This document shows positions 8,926 to 18,770 of a stretch of 64,000 nucleotides of DNA, piece by piece (position 1 is the stretch's first letter; every line of letters begins with the position of its first letter). Made by a program: the position numbers and the translations under genes. The notes under the pieces are model-generated. The model worked only from the letters and a program-made list of their open reading frames with translations, had not been told where the DNA came from and did no database searches. The DNA comes from Candidatus Latescibacterota bacterium (GTDB lineage Bacteria; Latescibacterota; UBA2968; UBA8231). The stretch is taken from contig OZ242005.1 in assembly GCA_965204725.1 (NCBI GenBank), positions 5,184,001-5,248,000 of the forward strand, written 5' to 3'.

Positions 8926-9692
8926 ATGAATACCACGCTGCCAACAAGAAACGCTGGAATCGGGCCGCGCCTCAGTACGCGGAAAAGCAAGACAAAAAGG
9001 GAACGTGGCGGATTGCCCACCAGCAGCCAGAAGTCGTCTTCCTCGAGCGAGAATTGGAGCTGATGGGCCAAGTTCGCAATCGAGACGTCTGCGTGCTCGG
9101 CAGCGGCGACAACGTCGCGGTATTCGCCTTGGCGGGCATGGGCGCCCGCGTAACCTCGGTTGATATTGCCAGCGAACAGCTAAAGGTGGCGCAGCAGCGG
9201 TCCGCCGAACTCGGCTTGAGCGTCCAGTACGTCGAAGCGGACGTAACCAACCTCTGCGGCTTGGCGAGTGCGGCCTTTGATCTCGTTTACACGGGCGGGC
9301 ACGTCGGAGTCTGGGTCGCTGATCTGCGAGCGTACTACCGCGAGGCCATTCGCATTCTGCGGCCAAGCGGCCTGCTCTTAATCAACGAGTATCACCCCTT
9401 CAGAAGGATATGGAAGGACCAAAAGACGGCATTAGCGGTTGGGTACAGCTACTTTGACAATGGACCCCACCGGTACCACGCTTCCGCCGAGCTGCTGTCC
9501 GATAGGTCCGCTGGCGACACCGTGCAGTACGAGTTTCACTGGACAGTGACCCAGTATCTCAAGGCCGTTATCGAGCAAGGCGTGGAGTTGGTTGAGTTTG
9601 AGGAGCTGGGGGACGCGGCCGAAGGCTGGGAGTATGCGCCGCTGGCGGGGCTGCCGCAAATGCTGCTGATCGCTGGCCGAAAGCGGCCCTAG
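8922..9692 (+). CDS. Class I SAM-dependent methyltransferase
   Basis: VCVLGSGD motif I, VTSVDI, FDLVY, LRPSGLL; ATGA overlap with recD2. Confidence 0.85.
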   Translation: MNEYHAANKKRWNRAAPQYAEKQDKKGTWRIAHQQPEVVFLERELELMGQVRNRDVCVLGSGDNVAVFALAGMGARVTSVDIASEQLKVAQQRSAELGLSVQYVEADVTNLCGLASAAFDLVYTGGHVGVWVADLRAYYREAIRILRPSGLLLINEYHPFRRIWKDQKTALAVGYSYFDNGPHRYHASAELLSDRSAGDTVQYEFHWTVTQYLKAVIEQGVELVEFEELGDAAEGWEYAPLAGLPQMLLIAGRKRP

Positions 9693-10417
9693 CCGTCTTC
9701 CTCAACGAGGAGGGTATGCACCTCGGCCTCGGCCCCGCGCTGCTGGTCTTGCGGCTGGATGCGATAGCCGATCACGACCGCCAAAGTAGCCTGCAAAAAC
9801 ACCGCGTTCAGGGCATCGGCCGCCTGTCGTACCCGCTCCAAGTCGCGTTGGCTGATGGCGTTAGACACCTCGATGGCGACCCACACGGGGGCGCGATCGG
9901 CCTTGCGCTGCGCCCGGACGATGAGGTCGGTCGCGTTAATGCGGGTTTCCTGCCCGTCGTCAATGCCTCCCGCATCAAAGGCATCTTCCACAGGCTGGAA
10001 TAGTTCGGGACGGGTGTCTTGGACCGGACTTTGCATAACCTGCGCCCGCCGCAGACCCAGCCGCTGGCTGAGCAGCGGTCGAATCCGCCGATGGAGCTTT
10101 ATTTCCAACATGTCGCCCTTGAGCGTGGCTACGTCGATTTTGAGTTCGGCGACATCGGCTTCTACCCGCGTCATGCGAGTTTTGAGTTCAGCGACATCGG
10201 CTTTGAGTTCGGCGACGTCGGCTTCTACCCGCTCCAAGCGGATTTTGAGTTCGGCGATGTCGGCCTCTATCCGCTCCAAGCGGATGGGCATGCCGAGGAA
10301 TTCGTTGGTCAGCAAGGCCCGCAATAACAGAGTCTGGGCATTGGGGTCGGCTTGCAACTCGGCGACAATGCGAGTTACCAAGGACTCGGAGTCAAGGGAA
10401 ACGGGTGTCGTAGTCAT
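9689..10417 (-). CDS. Coiled-coil heptad-repeat protein with possible degenerate PD-(D/E)XK-like C-terminal domain
   Basis: Repeats of (E)ADVAELK; C-terminal TDLIV...VAIEVS...DLERV. Confidence 0.75.
   Translation of the reverse strand: MTTTPVSLDSESLVTRIVAELQADPNAQTLLLRALLTNEFLGMPIRLERIEADIAELKIRLERVEADVAELKADVAELKTRMTRVEADVAELKIDVATLKGDMLEIKLHRRIRPLLSQRLGLRRAQVMQSPVQDTRPELFQPVEDAFDAGGIDDGQETRINATDLIVRAQRKADRAPVWVAIEVSNAISQRDLERVRQAADALNAVFLQATLAVVIGYRIQPQDQQRGAEAEVHTLLVEEDG
10118..10285. repeat. Intragenic 21/42-nt heptad tandem repeats
   Basis: TTTGAGTTC(G/A)GCGA(C/T)(A/G)TCGGC occurs four times and CCGCTCCAAGCGGAT twice. Confidence 0.85.
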
Positions 10418-10525
10418 GGCCTATCCTACATGGTTGGCGGTGCCTTCGCCTTCGGGGCGGCGCACCTAGAAGATAATATAGACGAAGCGAAACAAAGCAA
10501 AGCGCGAGGCTTCACCCAGATATAA

Positions 10526-10542
10526 AGCAATATACGTGCCAG
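10526..10542 (-). promoter_or_regulatory. Sigma54 (RpoN) -24/-12 promoter
   Basis: Minus strand reads CTGGCACGTATATTGCT, an exact match to YTGGCACGN4TTGCW, about 110 nt upstream of ORF 9689..10417. Confidence 0.7.
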
Positions 10543-10681
10543 CATCGACTATCGGGTAACGGGGGCTTGCGGGCGGCGTACACTGTGTCGGGAAAGATAC
10601 ACTGTTGGGTTGTTTATGGGTCTTGGTCGCTGGGGGGCAATAGCGGCTGCGCGGGCAACCGACCCGGCCGATCTAGGGCAC

Positions 10682-13600
10682 TCAGGCGACCGCAACCTTG
10701 TCGTTTGTCGTCGTTACTGCGCCGTCCTGCACCAGCTTTTTCAGGGCGGAGCTTACCTTTTGATTCGCCTTAGCCGTGACGCGGCGAAAGCCCATCAGCG
10801 ATAGGGCCTCGGCAATGGCCTCGGCTTCCGATAGGCTAAAGGCTGCGCGGATTGCCGTGAGCAAGGCTACGCGAACTTCCTCGTCGGGCACCAGCTCAAT
10901 GTTCTTCACGGTGGGCGGCATGTCCGAGCGGTCACGCACCCGGACGGGCTTGTCGCTGTCGGCAAACAGGAAGTCGCCTTCAAGGTGGAGGAGGCCGTTT
11001 CTGTGCCCGCATTCGGCGGCCCGTTTTATGTGCCCGAGCATTCTCGAACCCACGCGGGCAAAGCCGGCTGATTCAGCGAGTCGCCGAGCCGCCTCGGTCA
11101 GGTGAACGGGGCCTTCAATGTCGATCACCTTGCGCATGGCTTGCGCGACGTCGCCTAGGGGCAACTCGTGGATCTCGGCGGATTCGTCAAGGCCCAAATC
11201 GCCCGTGGCCAGCACATAAGGGGGGGCCTGCAAGTTGTTTTCCGTCGGCTCATCGCGGATGATGACGGGCGGTGTGGGCTTGGACGGTGGGCTTTCTTCG
11301 GCCGCGTGCAATGCTTGGGCAATGGAATCCTTGAGGCGGGTGCTTTCTCTATGGGGATCCCGGAACCAGTCGGTACTCCAGATGCGATGGAAGCGCCAGC
11401 CCAAGCCCTCCAGCACGCTTTGGCGCAAGCGGTCGCGGTCGCGGGCTGTTGCTGAACTGTGATAACTCGCGCCGTCGCACTCTACGGCCAAAATGTAGCG
11501 GCCGGGCTTTTGGGGGTCGCGCACGGCAATGTCAATGTAAAAGCCCGCCGAACCCACTTGCGGCTCGATGTCGTAGCCCAGCCGGCGAATGGCGTCGCTG
11601 ACGGCCTCCTCAAACGGCGAATCCGGCTCCTTCCCGGTCTCGTCGCGGTGGTGCTCTAGTTCGCCGGTCTGCGCGTAGTGCAAGAAGCTCTTTAAGGCGC
11701 GCACCCCAAACGGCGAATGGCCCTCGGTTTTCATGTCGTCCGCCGTAAAGTTGCTAAAGACTTCCATCGCCAAGCGGGCGCGGGTGATCAACACGTTCAA
11801 GCGGCGCTCACCGCCCTCGCGGTTCACCGGACCAAAACTCGCGCTCATGTTGCCAGCGGCCGTGCGGCCATAGCCAATGCTAATGAAAATCACGTCGCGC
11901 TCATCCCCCTGCACGTTCTCCAAGTTTTTTACAAAAAAGCCCTCTAGCGCACCCGTGGTGAAAAATTCCTCGCAACTCGGATCGAGACGCCGCAACCGCT
12001 CGATTTCCAGCAAAATACAGTCGCGCTGAGCGGTCGAAAACGCGACCACTCCCAAGGTTAGGTCCGGGTGCGCTTGGGCGTGGTGCATGACCGCCTCGGC
12101 TACGGCGCGTGCCTCCAGCGGGTTGGTGCGCGAACTGCCGCGCTCGTACACCGACTCGGGCAGGTGGTTAAACGCCAACCCCTTGGCGTAGGGATTCACC
12201 CCGGGACTGGGGAAGATCATCAAGCGGCCCCCGTAAAACTCCCGGTTGGAAACGGCAATCAGGGAATCGTGTCGGCTCCGATAGTGCCAGCGCAACATGG
12301 ACTCCGGGGCTCCTTGCGACAAGAACATGCTCAGAATGCTCTCAATGTCGGCGGTCTGGCTTTCTTCGTCCTCTAGCTCCAAGGCTTTGGTAAAGAAGTC
12401 GGTCGGTGGCATCTGGCGCGTATCCCCGACCACCACCACCTGTTTGCCGCGCAGAATCGGGCCGATTGCATCGACCACTTTCACCTGACTGGCTTCGTCA
12501 AACACCACCAAGTCAAAGTCCAACGCGCCCTGCTCCAAGTAGGTCGCCACCGACATCGGGCTCATCATAAACACGGGCTTTATTTGCTGAATCGCCCGGC
12601 CGGCTTGGGCGATTAGCTGGCGAATCGGTATGTGGCGGCGCTTCTTGTTTATCTCGCGGCGAATAATCGCCATCTGGCCGGCCGCGTTGGCGGCCGGCAA
12701 GCGGCGGTAGTGCCTCAAGACCAAGGCTTCTTGGGCGTGGTGGAGCAGTTCCTCGTCCAAGCGTCTAAATTCGGCGATGGCGCTTTCGTGGCTGGTCCGG
12801 TTAAACCGCTTGATCGCCTCGCTCGTGCTATACGCCTCGTGTACCAAGCCCTCGTAGTAGGCTTTCTCGAGGGCGGTCAGCAGCAGGGCTGGGGGGCCTG
12901 CCCAGTCGTAAGCCAAGCGGTCGATTTGTTCCAACTCGCTGGCGCACAGTTTTTTTCTGAGGTGGTTGTAGTGCGCCATCGGTTCTAAGGCACCAATTTG
13001 GTCGCGCCAGCGATTGAGCTCGTCTGCGAGTTCGTCCAACGGCCGGTCTTCAACCGATCGCGCCTTGGTCCCCAACCGCTGGCTCACCTCGTGGATTCGC
13101 TCTTTTAGCTCGCCCGCGGTGCGCTCGATCTCCGCCAACTGGTCAGCGCACCCTTCGAGTTTCCCGCCATCCTGCAAGAATTTTAGCACGCCTTCCGGCA
13201 CCGCGCCCTCGCCCACTTCTCGGTGCAACTCGACGATCCAAGCACTGAGCACCTTCAATGCAGGCCAATCGCTGCGCGGCCCCTTCCATTGGGTCCCCAA
13301 CAGGCTTTCGCCCAAGTGCTCATGCTCGGTGTATGCCGCACGCAGGGCTTGGCATTTGAGGATGTCGTCGATGAGAGCTACGCAGGCGTTGGCCTCGGCG
13401 GGCAGCTCGCCTTTTACCAGACCTTGCAGCGTGCGGCGGGCGCGGCCGAAGCTGGGAAAAATAAAGCACCACCAGTGTCGGCCCGTAGTGGCCCACGCTT
13501 GGCGCACACTCAGTAGGTCGGCCTGCCAAGCCTGCTCGATCACTTGCTCGCGCCGCTTGTCTTGCAAGGCCGCCATTTCTGCGCCGGCTTGGAGCAGGGC

Positions 13601-15331
13601 CTCGATTTGCTCGCTGCGGTATTGCCAGTCCGCAGCGGTTAGCGGTACGCCCGCTAGGGGCGGCGCATTCAGCACGCGCTCGCCAGCGCGGCCTATCGCC
13701 CGCATGGCGGCGAGGGTTGCCGGGCGGTCTAGGCCCATCTTTTCGGCTAGGGAGTCCCCCAATTTCCGGCCGTTATCGAGTGCTGCGAGTGCTTGGGTCA
13801 AGCAAGTGACGATTTCGTTTTGCTCAATCGGTGAAACGTGCTCTAGCGTCGATTCGGCAAAGGGACTCTGGGCCGGAGTGCCCATTGCCTCTAAATGCGC
13901 AACCAGTTCGCGCACGTGCGCACAGGCGTTTGTAAAGGCCGCTTCGTCCCAATGGCGAAACCCGGCAAAGTCCAGTGCCGGCAACTCGCGCTCACCGGCT
14001 TCTTCGCGCAGCTTGAGGAGGTGCCCTTGGGCATTTATGTAGCTCGTTCCCGAAGTCAGGATGGGGCGGTTCACCGCACGACAATACGCATCGAGTTGTT
14101 GGCGTAGCTCGGCGTGGCGGTGCTTTTTGGCCTCGTGATTTTCTACGGCTGGCGGGCCGAGTTCCAACGTGCGCCTCAGCTCTTGCAGGACGGCACTCTT
14201 ATTGCTCTTGTGGCTGTGCAGCTCCAGCACGGCATCGCCCAAGTGGCATTCGTCGAGGCGGCGTTTTACCACCTCTAAGGCCGCCATCTTTTCGGCGACA
14301 AAGAGCACGGTCTTTTCGTCGGCCAGAACCTCGGCGATGATATTGGTAATGGTCTGCGATTTGCCCGTGCCCGGCGGCCCTTGAATTACCAAGTTGGAGT
14401 CTTGCTTTACCGCCATGACCGCTTGCGTTTGGCTGGAGTCCGCGTCCAACACAAAGTGGAGATCCGCGAGCTCGACCGTGACCGCCTCTTCATGCGGCGT
14501 TGCGGGCAACCCATCGCCGCCGCCGCCAAACCCGTTGGCGAGCAGTTTTTGCAACACCTCGTGGTCGTGGGGCTTGTGCCCTTCGGGCCAATTGTCTGGG
14601 TCTAAGTCCTGATACATCTGGAACTTGCCGAAAGAAAAAAAGCCGAGCGCGATTTCGTCGGCCTGCACCTGCCAGCGCGGCTGATGCTCCACGCCAGCGG
14701 CCACTTCCTTTAAGTACCCATCGAAGTCTAGCTCTTCCCCGAACTCCGGCAGCGTTATCTCGAACTCGCTTTTTAGTTTGTTGGCAAGCGTCAAGTTCGG
14801 GCCGAGGTCGGCCTGCGTGTACGCCACCTTGTAGCGCGCCCTCGCGCTGACGCGCTCCAGAGAAACCGGCACCAATACAAGCGGTGCTTTGCGGGGTGTG
14901 GAAGAGCTTTCGGCTTCGTACCAAGTCAAGAAGCCCAAGGCCAAATACAACAGATCGACGCCCTGCTCTTGGTAGTAGTTTTCGGCCTCCGCGCTGATCT
15001 TTAGCAGGCTTTTATCGAGCGCGTCTGCGGAGAGTTTGGTTTGCAGGCGGTTGTCGGTATGGCGGCGATCTGCGTCCTCATCCTCCAAAATTTGGGGCAG
15101 TGCTTGCGGGTCGCTTTCGTCCTCCATTGACGCGGGCGCGGGGATAAACGCCATTTGCTTTTGTTCGACTACCAATAGCCGAAACACCTCCCGCGCCTTC
15201 TCGTCGATTACGGCAAGCGTTTTCGCGCCGGGACGAAAGTTGAGCAGCGTATTGCCGCGCAGGCCCATGTCCAATAATTCCGACCGGCTGACATCGAGTT
15301 TTTCGGCTAACGCGGCCACCCCAATCCTCAT
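10682..15331 (-). CDS. DUF4011 - SF1 helicase (AAA_11/AAA_12) - Vsr/MTES_1575-like nuclease - DUF3320 protein (Hhe-type anti-phage defence)
   Basis: LLDMGLRGNTLLNF (DUF4011), GPPGTGKSQTI, FDEASQV, WHYRS, NLENVQGDERD, AVECDGASYH...RDRDRLRQ..LEGLGWRFHRIWSTDW. Probable start is the ATG at 15331 overlapping the upstream TGA (1549 aa). Confidence 0.85.
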   Translation of the reverse strand: MRIGVAALAEKLDVSRSELLDMGLRGNTLLNFRPGAKTLAVIDEKAREVFRLLVVEQKQMAFIPAPASMEDESDPQALPQILEDEDADRRHTDNRLQTKLSADALDKSLLKISAEAENYYQEQGVDLLYLALGFLTWYEAESSSTPRKAPLVLVPVSLERVSARARYKVAYTQADLGPNLTLANKLKSEFEITLPEFGEELDFDGYLKEVAAGVEHQPRWQVQADEIALGFFSFGKFQMYQDLDPDNWPEGHKPHDHEVLQKLLANGFGGGGDGLPATPHEEAVTVELADLHFVLDADSSQTQAVMAVKQDSNLVIQGPPGTGKSQTITNIIAEVLADEKTVLFVAEKMAALEVVKRRLDECHLGDAVLELHSHKSNKSAVLQELRRTLELGPPAVENHEAKKHRHAELRQQLDAYCRAVNRPILTSGTSYINAQGHLLKLREEAGERELPALDFAGFRHWDEAAFTNACAHVRELVAHLEAMGTPAQSPFAESTLEHVSPIEQNEIVTCLTQALAALDNGRKLGDSLAEKMGLDRPATLAAMRAIGRAGERVLNAPPLAGVPLTAADWQYRSEQIEALLQAGAEMAALQDKRREQVIEQAWQADLLSVRQAWATTGRHWWCFIFPSFGRARRTLQGLVKGELPAEANACVALIDDILKCQALRAAYTEHEHLGESLLGTQWKGPRSDWPALKVLSAWIVELHREVGEGAVPEGVLKFLQDGGKLEGCADQLAEIERTAGELKERIHEVSQRLGTKARSVEDRPLDELADELNRWRDQIGALEPMAHYNHLRKKLCASELEQIDRLAYDWAGPPALLLTALEKAYYEGLVHEAYSTSEAIKRFNRTSHESAIAEFRRLDEELLHHAQEALVLRHYRRLPAANAAGQMAIIRREINKKRRHIPIRQLIAQAGRAIQQIKPVFMMSPMSVATYLEQGALDFDLVVFDEASQVKVVDAIGPILRGKQVVVVGDTRQMPPTDFFTKALELEDEESQTADIESILSMFLSQGAPESMLRWHYRSRHDSLIAVSNREFYGGRLMIFPSPGVNPYAKGLAFNHLPESVYERGSSRTNPLEARAVAEAVMHHAQAHPDLTLGVVAFSTAQRDCILLEIERLRRLDPSCEEFFTTGALEGFFVKNLENVQGDERDVIFISIGYGRTAAGNMSASFGPVNREGGERRLNVLITRARLAMEVFSNFTADDMKTEGHSPFGVRALKSFLHYAQTGELEHHRDETGKEPDSPFEEAVSDAIRRLGYDIEPQVGSAGFYIDIAVRDPQKPGRYILAVECDGASYHSSATARDRDRLRQSVLEGLGWRFHRIWSTDWFRDPHRESTRLKDSIAQALHAAEESPPSKPTPPVIIRDEPTENNLQAPPYVLATGDLGLDESAEIHELPLGDVAQAMRKVIDIEGPVHLTEAARRLAESAGFARVGSRMLGHIKRAAECGHRNGLLHLEGDFLFADSDKPVRVRDRSDMPPTVKNIELVPDEEVRVALLTAIRAAFSLSEAEAIAEALSLMGFRRVTAKANQKVSSALKKLVQDGAVTTTNDKVAVA

Positions 15332-16056
15332 TCGCTGTCGCGCAACAGCCAGCGCACGGCGTTTTGCTGCAACTTTTCGTAGGCCGGGTTCCACAGCGCG
15401 GCGATGGTGTGGCCCGGCGATAAATAGCACACGCGGCCCGCGCCGTATTCGTACGCCCAAGCCGCCTCGCACGTGGTGCCCAAGTCCTGCCAAGTATGCC
15501 CGTCGTCGTTGACGCTGACGGCCAAGACATGGGCTGGGTCCTTGTCGTAGCGCATGAAGTGCTGCTCGTCCTCGACGACAAAGTCCGCCACGCCGCGCGT
15601 TATGGGGTGGTCTGGGCGCGTGATGTGAACGCGGTAGGGACGCACCGGCGGGTGCCCTTGGGTCGTTGCGCCCAACACGTGGCGGAAGTCGCGGCTGCCC
15701 GGGGCGATGTACGTGGAATTGTGGTAGAAAAGAGCCGCTCCACCCGCCTCGACAAAGCTCCGCACGGCGCGGCCTTGGGCCTCGGTAATCCACTGCACGG
15801 GACGGGATTCTGCGGCCTCGACCGGCGGCTCGCTGACGAGCGCGGCCTCTAGGCCGTAGCCATCAGGCCAGATCATGCCGTCGCGAAAGACGATTAGCAG
15901 CCGATAGCCCGACAGATGGGGCGCGTTGAGCAGGGAGCGCTCGTCGGTAAAATCAATGGACAATCCAATGCCTTGGACCAAGGTGCGGCCCAAAGCCGTG
16001 CGGATGTAATCAGACGTGTGATAGCGGTCGCCCACTAGGGCAAAGGCCGTAGCCAT
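15328..16056 (-). CDS. ThuA-like domain protein (class I glutamine amidotransferase-like)
   Basis: GDRYH, FVEAGGAALFYH, HPITRGVADFVVEDEQH, YGAGRVCYLSPGH; GAGGAGG RBS before ATG 16056. Confidence 0.85.
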   Translation of the reverse strand: MATAFALVGDRYHTSDYIRTALGRTLVQGIGLSIDFTDERSLLNAPHLSGYRLLIVFRDGMIWPDGYGLEAALVSEPPVEAAESRPVQWITEAQGRAVRSFVEAGGAALFYHNSTYIAPGSRDFRHVLGATTQGHPPVRPYRVHITRPDHPITRGVADFVVEDEQHFMRYDKDPAHVLAVSVNDDGHTWQDLGTTCEAAWAYEYGAGRVCYLSPGHTIAALWNPAYEKLQQNAVRWLLRDSE

Positions 16057-16081
16057 GAAGCGCCTCCTCATGCAATGGGGG

Positions 16082-17569
16082 TTAGAACCGCTCCAACTGG
16101 GGAAACTTTTCCTCGCCTCGATGGACGTGCATGGCCCCGCCCTCAGCGCACCGCCGCAAGGTGGGAAACACCTTGCCCGGATTCAATACCTGCTGCGGGT
16201 CAAACTCGGCCTTGATCCGCTCTTGGGCGTCCAAATCCGCGTCCTTGAACATGCACGGCATTAAGTCGCGCTTCTCAATGCCAATCCCGTGCTCCCCGCT
16301 CAACACGCCGCCCACCTCGACGCAGAGCTTCAAGATCTCGGCCCCCAACGACTCGGCCTTCTCCAGATCGCCCTCGACGTTGCTGTCGTACAGCACGAGC
16401 GGATGCAGGTTGCCATCGCCGGCGTGGAAAACGTTGGCCACCCGCAGGCCATAAACGGCCGATAGCTCGCCGATTCGCTGGAGCACCTGCGGCAGCGCAC
16501 CCCGGGGGATGGTTCCGTCCATGCAGTAGTAGTCGGGACTAATCCTGCCCATGGCCGGAAAGGCTGCTTTGCGGCCGGCCCACAGCTTTTGCCGCTCGGC
16601 CTCGGTGGTGGCGCGGGAAAGCGCGGTCGCGCCGGTCTGCTGCAAGAGCGATTCCAGCACCTCGCTGTGGCACTCGACCTCGCTTTGCGGCCCATCCAAT
16701 TCGACCAGCAACAGGGCTGCAACGCCGAGCGGATAGCCGGCGCCGACAAACCCCTCAACCGCTTCAACAGAGAGCTGATCCATGATTTCCATGCCGGCCG
16801 GGACCATGCCGGCCGCGATGATCTCGGCCACGGCTTGCCCGGCCGCGGCGACCGAATCGTACACGGCCATCACGGCCTGCGCCATTTCTGGCTTGGGCAA
16901 GATCCGCAGGGTGGCCTCCGTGGTAATAGCCAACAGCCCTTCCGAACCGGTCAGCAGTCCGAGCAAGTCGTACCCCGCTTGGTCCATGCCCTTGCCGCCG
17001 ACCCGCACGATCTCGCCATCGGCCAACACCACCTCTAGGCCGAGGAGGTTGTTGGTCGTCGTGCCGTACTTGAGGCAGTGTACTCCGCCTGAGTTCTCGG
17101 CGATGTTGCCGCCGATTGAGCAGGCGATTTGGCTCGACGGGTCGGGCGCGTAGTAGAAGCCGCTTTGCTCTACCGCTTGGGTCACGCTTAGGTTGGTCGC
17201 GCCCGGCTGCACGGTTACTGTGCGGTTTGCCAAGTCAATGTCGAGCACCGCTCGCATCCGCGCCGTGCTCAACACCACCCCGTCTTCCCTCGGCAGAGCA
17301 CCCCCCGAAAGCCCGGTGCCAGCGCCCCAAGGGACAATGGGAATGTCGAGTTGGGAACACGCCCGGAGGACAGCTGCGACCTGCGCGGTGCTATCCGGTA
17401 AGGCGACCAGCATGGGCCGCTGGCGATACGCCGACAGGCCGTCGCACTCGTATGCTATTACGTCCTCGCGGCGGTGAATGAGTTGATCGGGGCGCAAGTG
17501 CGTGCGCAGGGAGCCGACGAGGGCTTCGCGCCGCTCGAAGCGGGTGGGGTCGGATGTGGGAAGGTTCAT
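16082..17569 (-). CDS. glcD: Glycolate oxidase subunit GlcD-like FAD-linked oxidase
   Basis: GAGTGLSGGA, PDPSSQIACSIGGNIAENSGGVHCLKYG, HAGDGNLHP, GEHGIGIEK; ATGA overlap with the upstream gene. Confidence 0.9.
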   Translation of the reverse strand: MNLPTSDPTRFERREALVGSLRTHLRPDQLIHRREDVIAYECDGLSAYRQRPMLVALPDSTAQVAAVLRACSQLDIPIVPWGAGTGLSGGALPREDGVVLSTARMRAVLDIDLANRTVTVQPGATNLSVTQAVEQSGFYYAPDPSSQIACSIGGNIAENSGGVHCLKYGTTTNNLLGLEVVLADGEIVRVGGKGMDQAGYDLLGLLTGSEGLLAITTEATLRILPKPEMAQAVMAVYDSVAAAGQAVAEIIAAGMVPAGMEIMDQLSVEAVEGFVGAGYPLGVAALLLVELDGPQSEVECHSEVLESLLQQTGATALSRATTEAERQKLWAGRKAAFPAMGRISPDYYCMDGTIPRGALPQVLQRIGELSAVYGLRVANVFHAGDGNLHPLVLYDSNVEGDLEKAESLGAEILKLCVEVGGVLSGEHGIGIEKRDLMPCMFKDADLDAQERIKAEFDPQQVLNPGKVFPTLRRCAEGGAMHVHRGEEKFPQLERF

Positions 17570-18573
17570 TCGTAGCCGAGGTCCTTGGCGTAGGCAAAAA
17601 GTGCGGGGGTGCCGCCGGTGTGAAGGAAGATAAGGCTCTGCTCGGGACGCCACCAACCGGCGCGCACGTGTGCCAAAAGCCCGGCCATGGCCTTGCTGGT
17701 GTAGGACGGATCGAGCAACAGCCCTTCCTGCTGCGCGACTAAGTGCAGGGCTTGGCGGCTCTCGGCGGTTACGACGCCGTAGGCCGGGCCGACAAACGCG
17801 GCGTAACTTTCAAAATCCTCCGCCTTGAGCGAAAGGTCTAGCCCCAAGACTTGGGCGCACTCCCGCCCCAGCGCGAGATGCTCCCGTGCCGCCTGCTGAT
17901 CGTCGCGCGGCGAGGGACTGATGCCCACCACCCGCAGGTCGATGCCCAGCGCCTTGAACGCGACCACCAGCCCCACGTGAGTATGCGCCCCGGAGCACAG
18001 GTAGATCGCGGCCGGCTCAACGCCCTGTTCTTCGCATTGATCCAAGAGCTCCAACGCCCCATCGACGTACGCGACACTGCGGAAGATGCGCGCGTCCGAG
18101 CTGGTGTGGAAGGGGCGATGGCCGGCCGCAGTCAGCGCGGCCAGTTTCGCGGCTACGGCCCGCGCCTGCTCCTCGGGCGCGGGCAGTTCCACGTCTGCGC
18201 CAAAGAGGTGGGTCAACAGCAGGTTCCCCTGCGGCTGGGCGTGGGCGTCGTCGCGGCCGACGATCACCGCAGACAGCCCCAGTTTTGCGGCCACAGCGGC
18301 CGTCTGCCGCGATTGATTCGACTGGGCCGCGGCCGAGTGTACCAACACGTCGCAACCCCGCTCTACGGCTTGGGCGATCTGGTATTCAAACTCGCGGATC
18401 TTGTTGCCGCCAAAGGCCAAGCCGGTCAAATCGTCGCGCTTGACCCAAAGCTGCGGGCCGGCTAGGTGGGCGCTGAGACGCTTTAACTCCTCCAAGGGCG
18501 TGGGCAAGGCCGCTAGCGACAACCGCGGCAAGGCCGCCAACCGTTCTCTTAGTTCCTCGCGGCTAATAGCCAT
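17566..18573 (-). CDS. D-cysteine desulfhydrase / ACC deaminase family PLP enzyme
   Basis: PTPLE, LWVKRDDLTGLAFGGNKIR, QSNQ, EGLLLDPSYTSKA, HTGG. Confidence 0.85.
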   Translation of the reverse strand: MAISREELRERLAALPRLSLAALPTPLEELKRLSAHLAGPQLWVKRDDLTGLAFGGNKIREFEYQIAQAVERGCDVLVHSAAAQSNQSRQTAAVAAKLGLSAVIVGRDDAHAQPQGNLLLTHLFGADVELPAPEEQARAVAAKLAALTAAGHRPFHTSSDARIFRSVAYVDGALELLDQCEEQGVEPAAIYLCSGAHTHVGLVVAFKALGIDLRVVGISPSPRDDQQAAREHLALGRECAQVLGLDLSLKAEDFESYAAFVGPAYGVVTAESRQALHLVAQQEGLLLDPSYTSKAMAGLLAHVRAGWWRPEQSLIFLHTGGTPALFAYAKDLGYE

Positions 18574-18770
18574 AGTTTTCCTCTCTTTTTTGCTTTCAAT
18601 ACAACCATTAAACAATCACCGGGCAAACGCATTGTGGTCCATTCGCTTGGGCCGCACTGAGTTTGCCCTTTTGCCAAAAACGCTTAACTTTTAGATAGAC
18701 TTCCCGCCTACCTCGGAGCCTCACTCCTCCCCAATACAAATCGCAGCTTAAACAATAGGATAGGGCCGTT

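Noticed and set aside
10118-10285. Tandem repeats as a CRISPR array
   Set aside because: They are in-frame coding heptads with no unique spacers, and no cas genes are present.
15332-15793. N-terminal 154 aa of the 1703-aa ORF call
   Set aside because: It overlaps the ThuA-like gene in another frame and is Arg/Gly-rich shadow sequence; DUF4011 similarity starts after the ATG at 15331.
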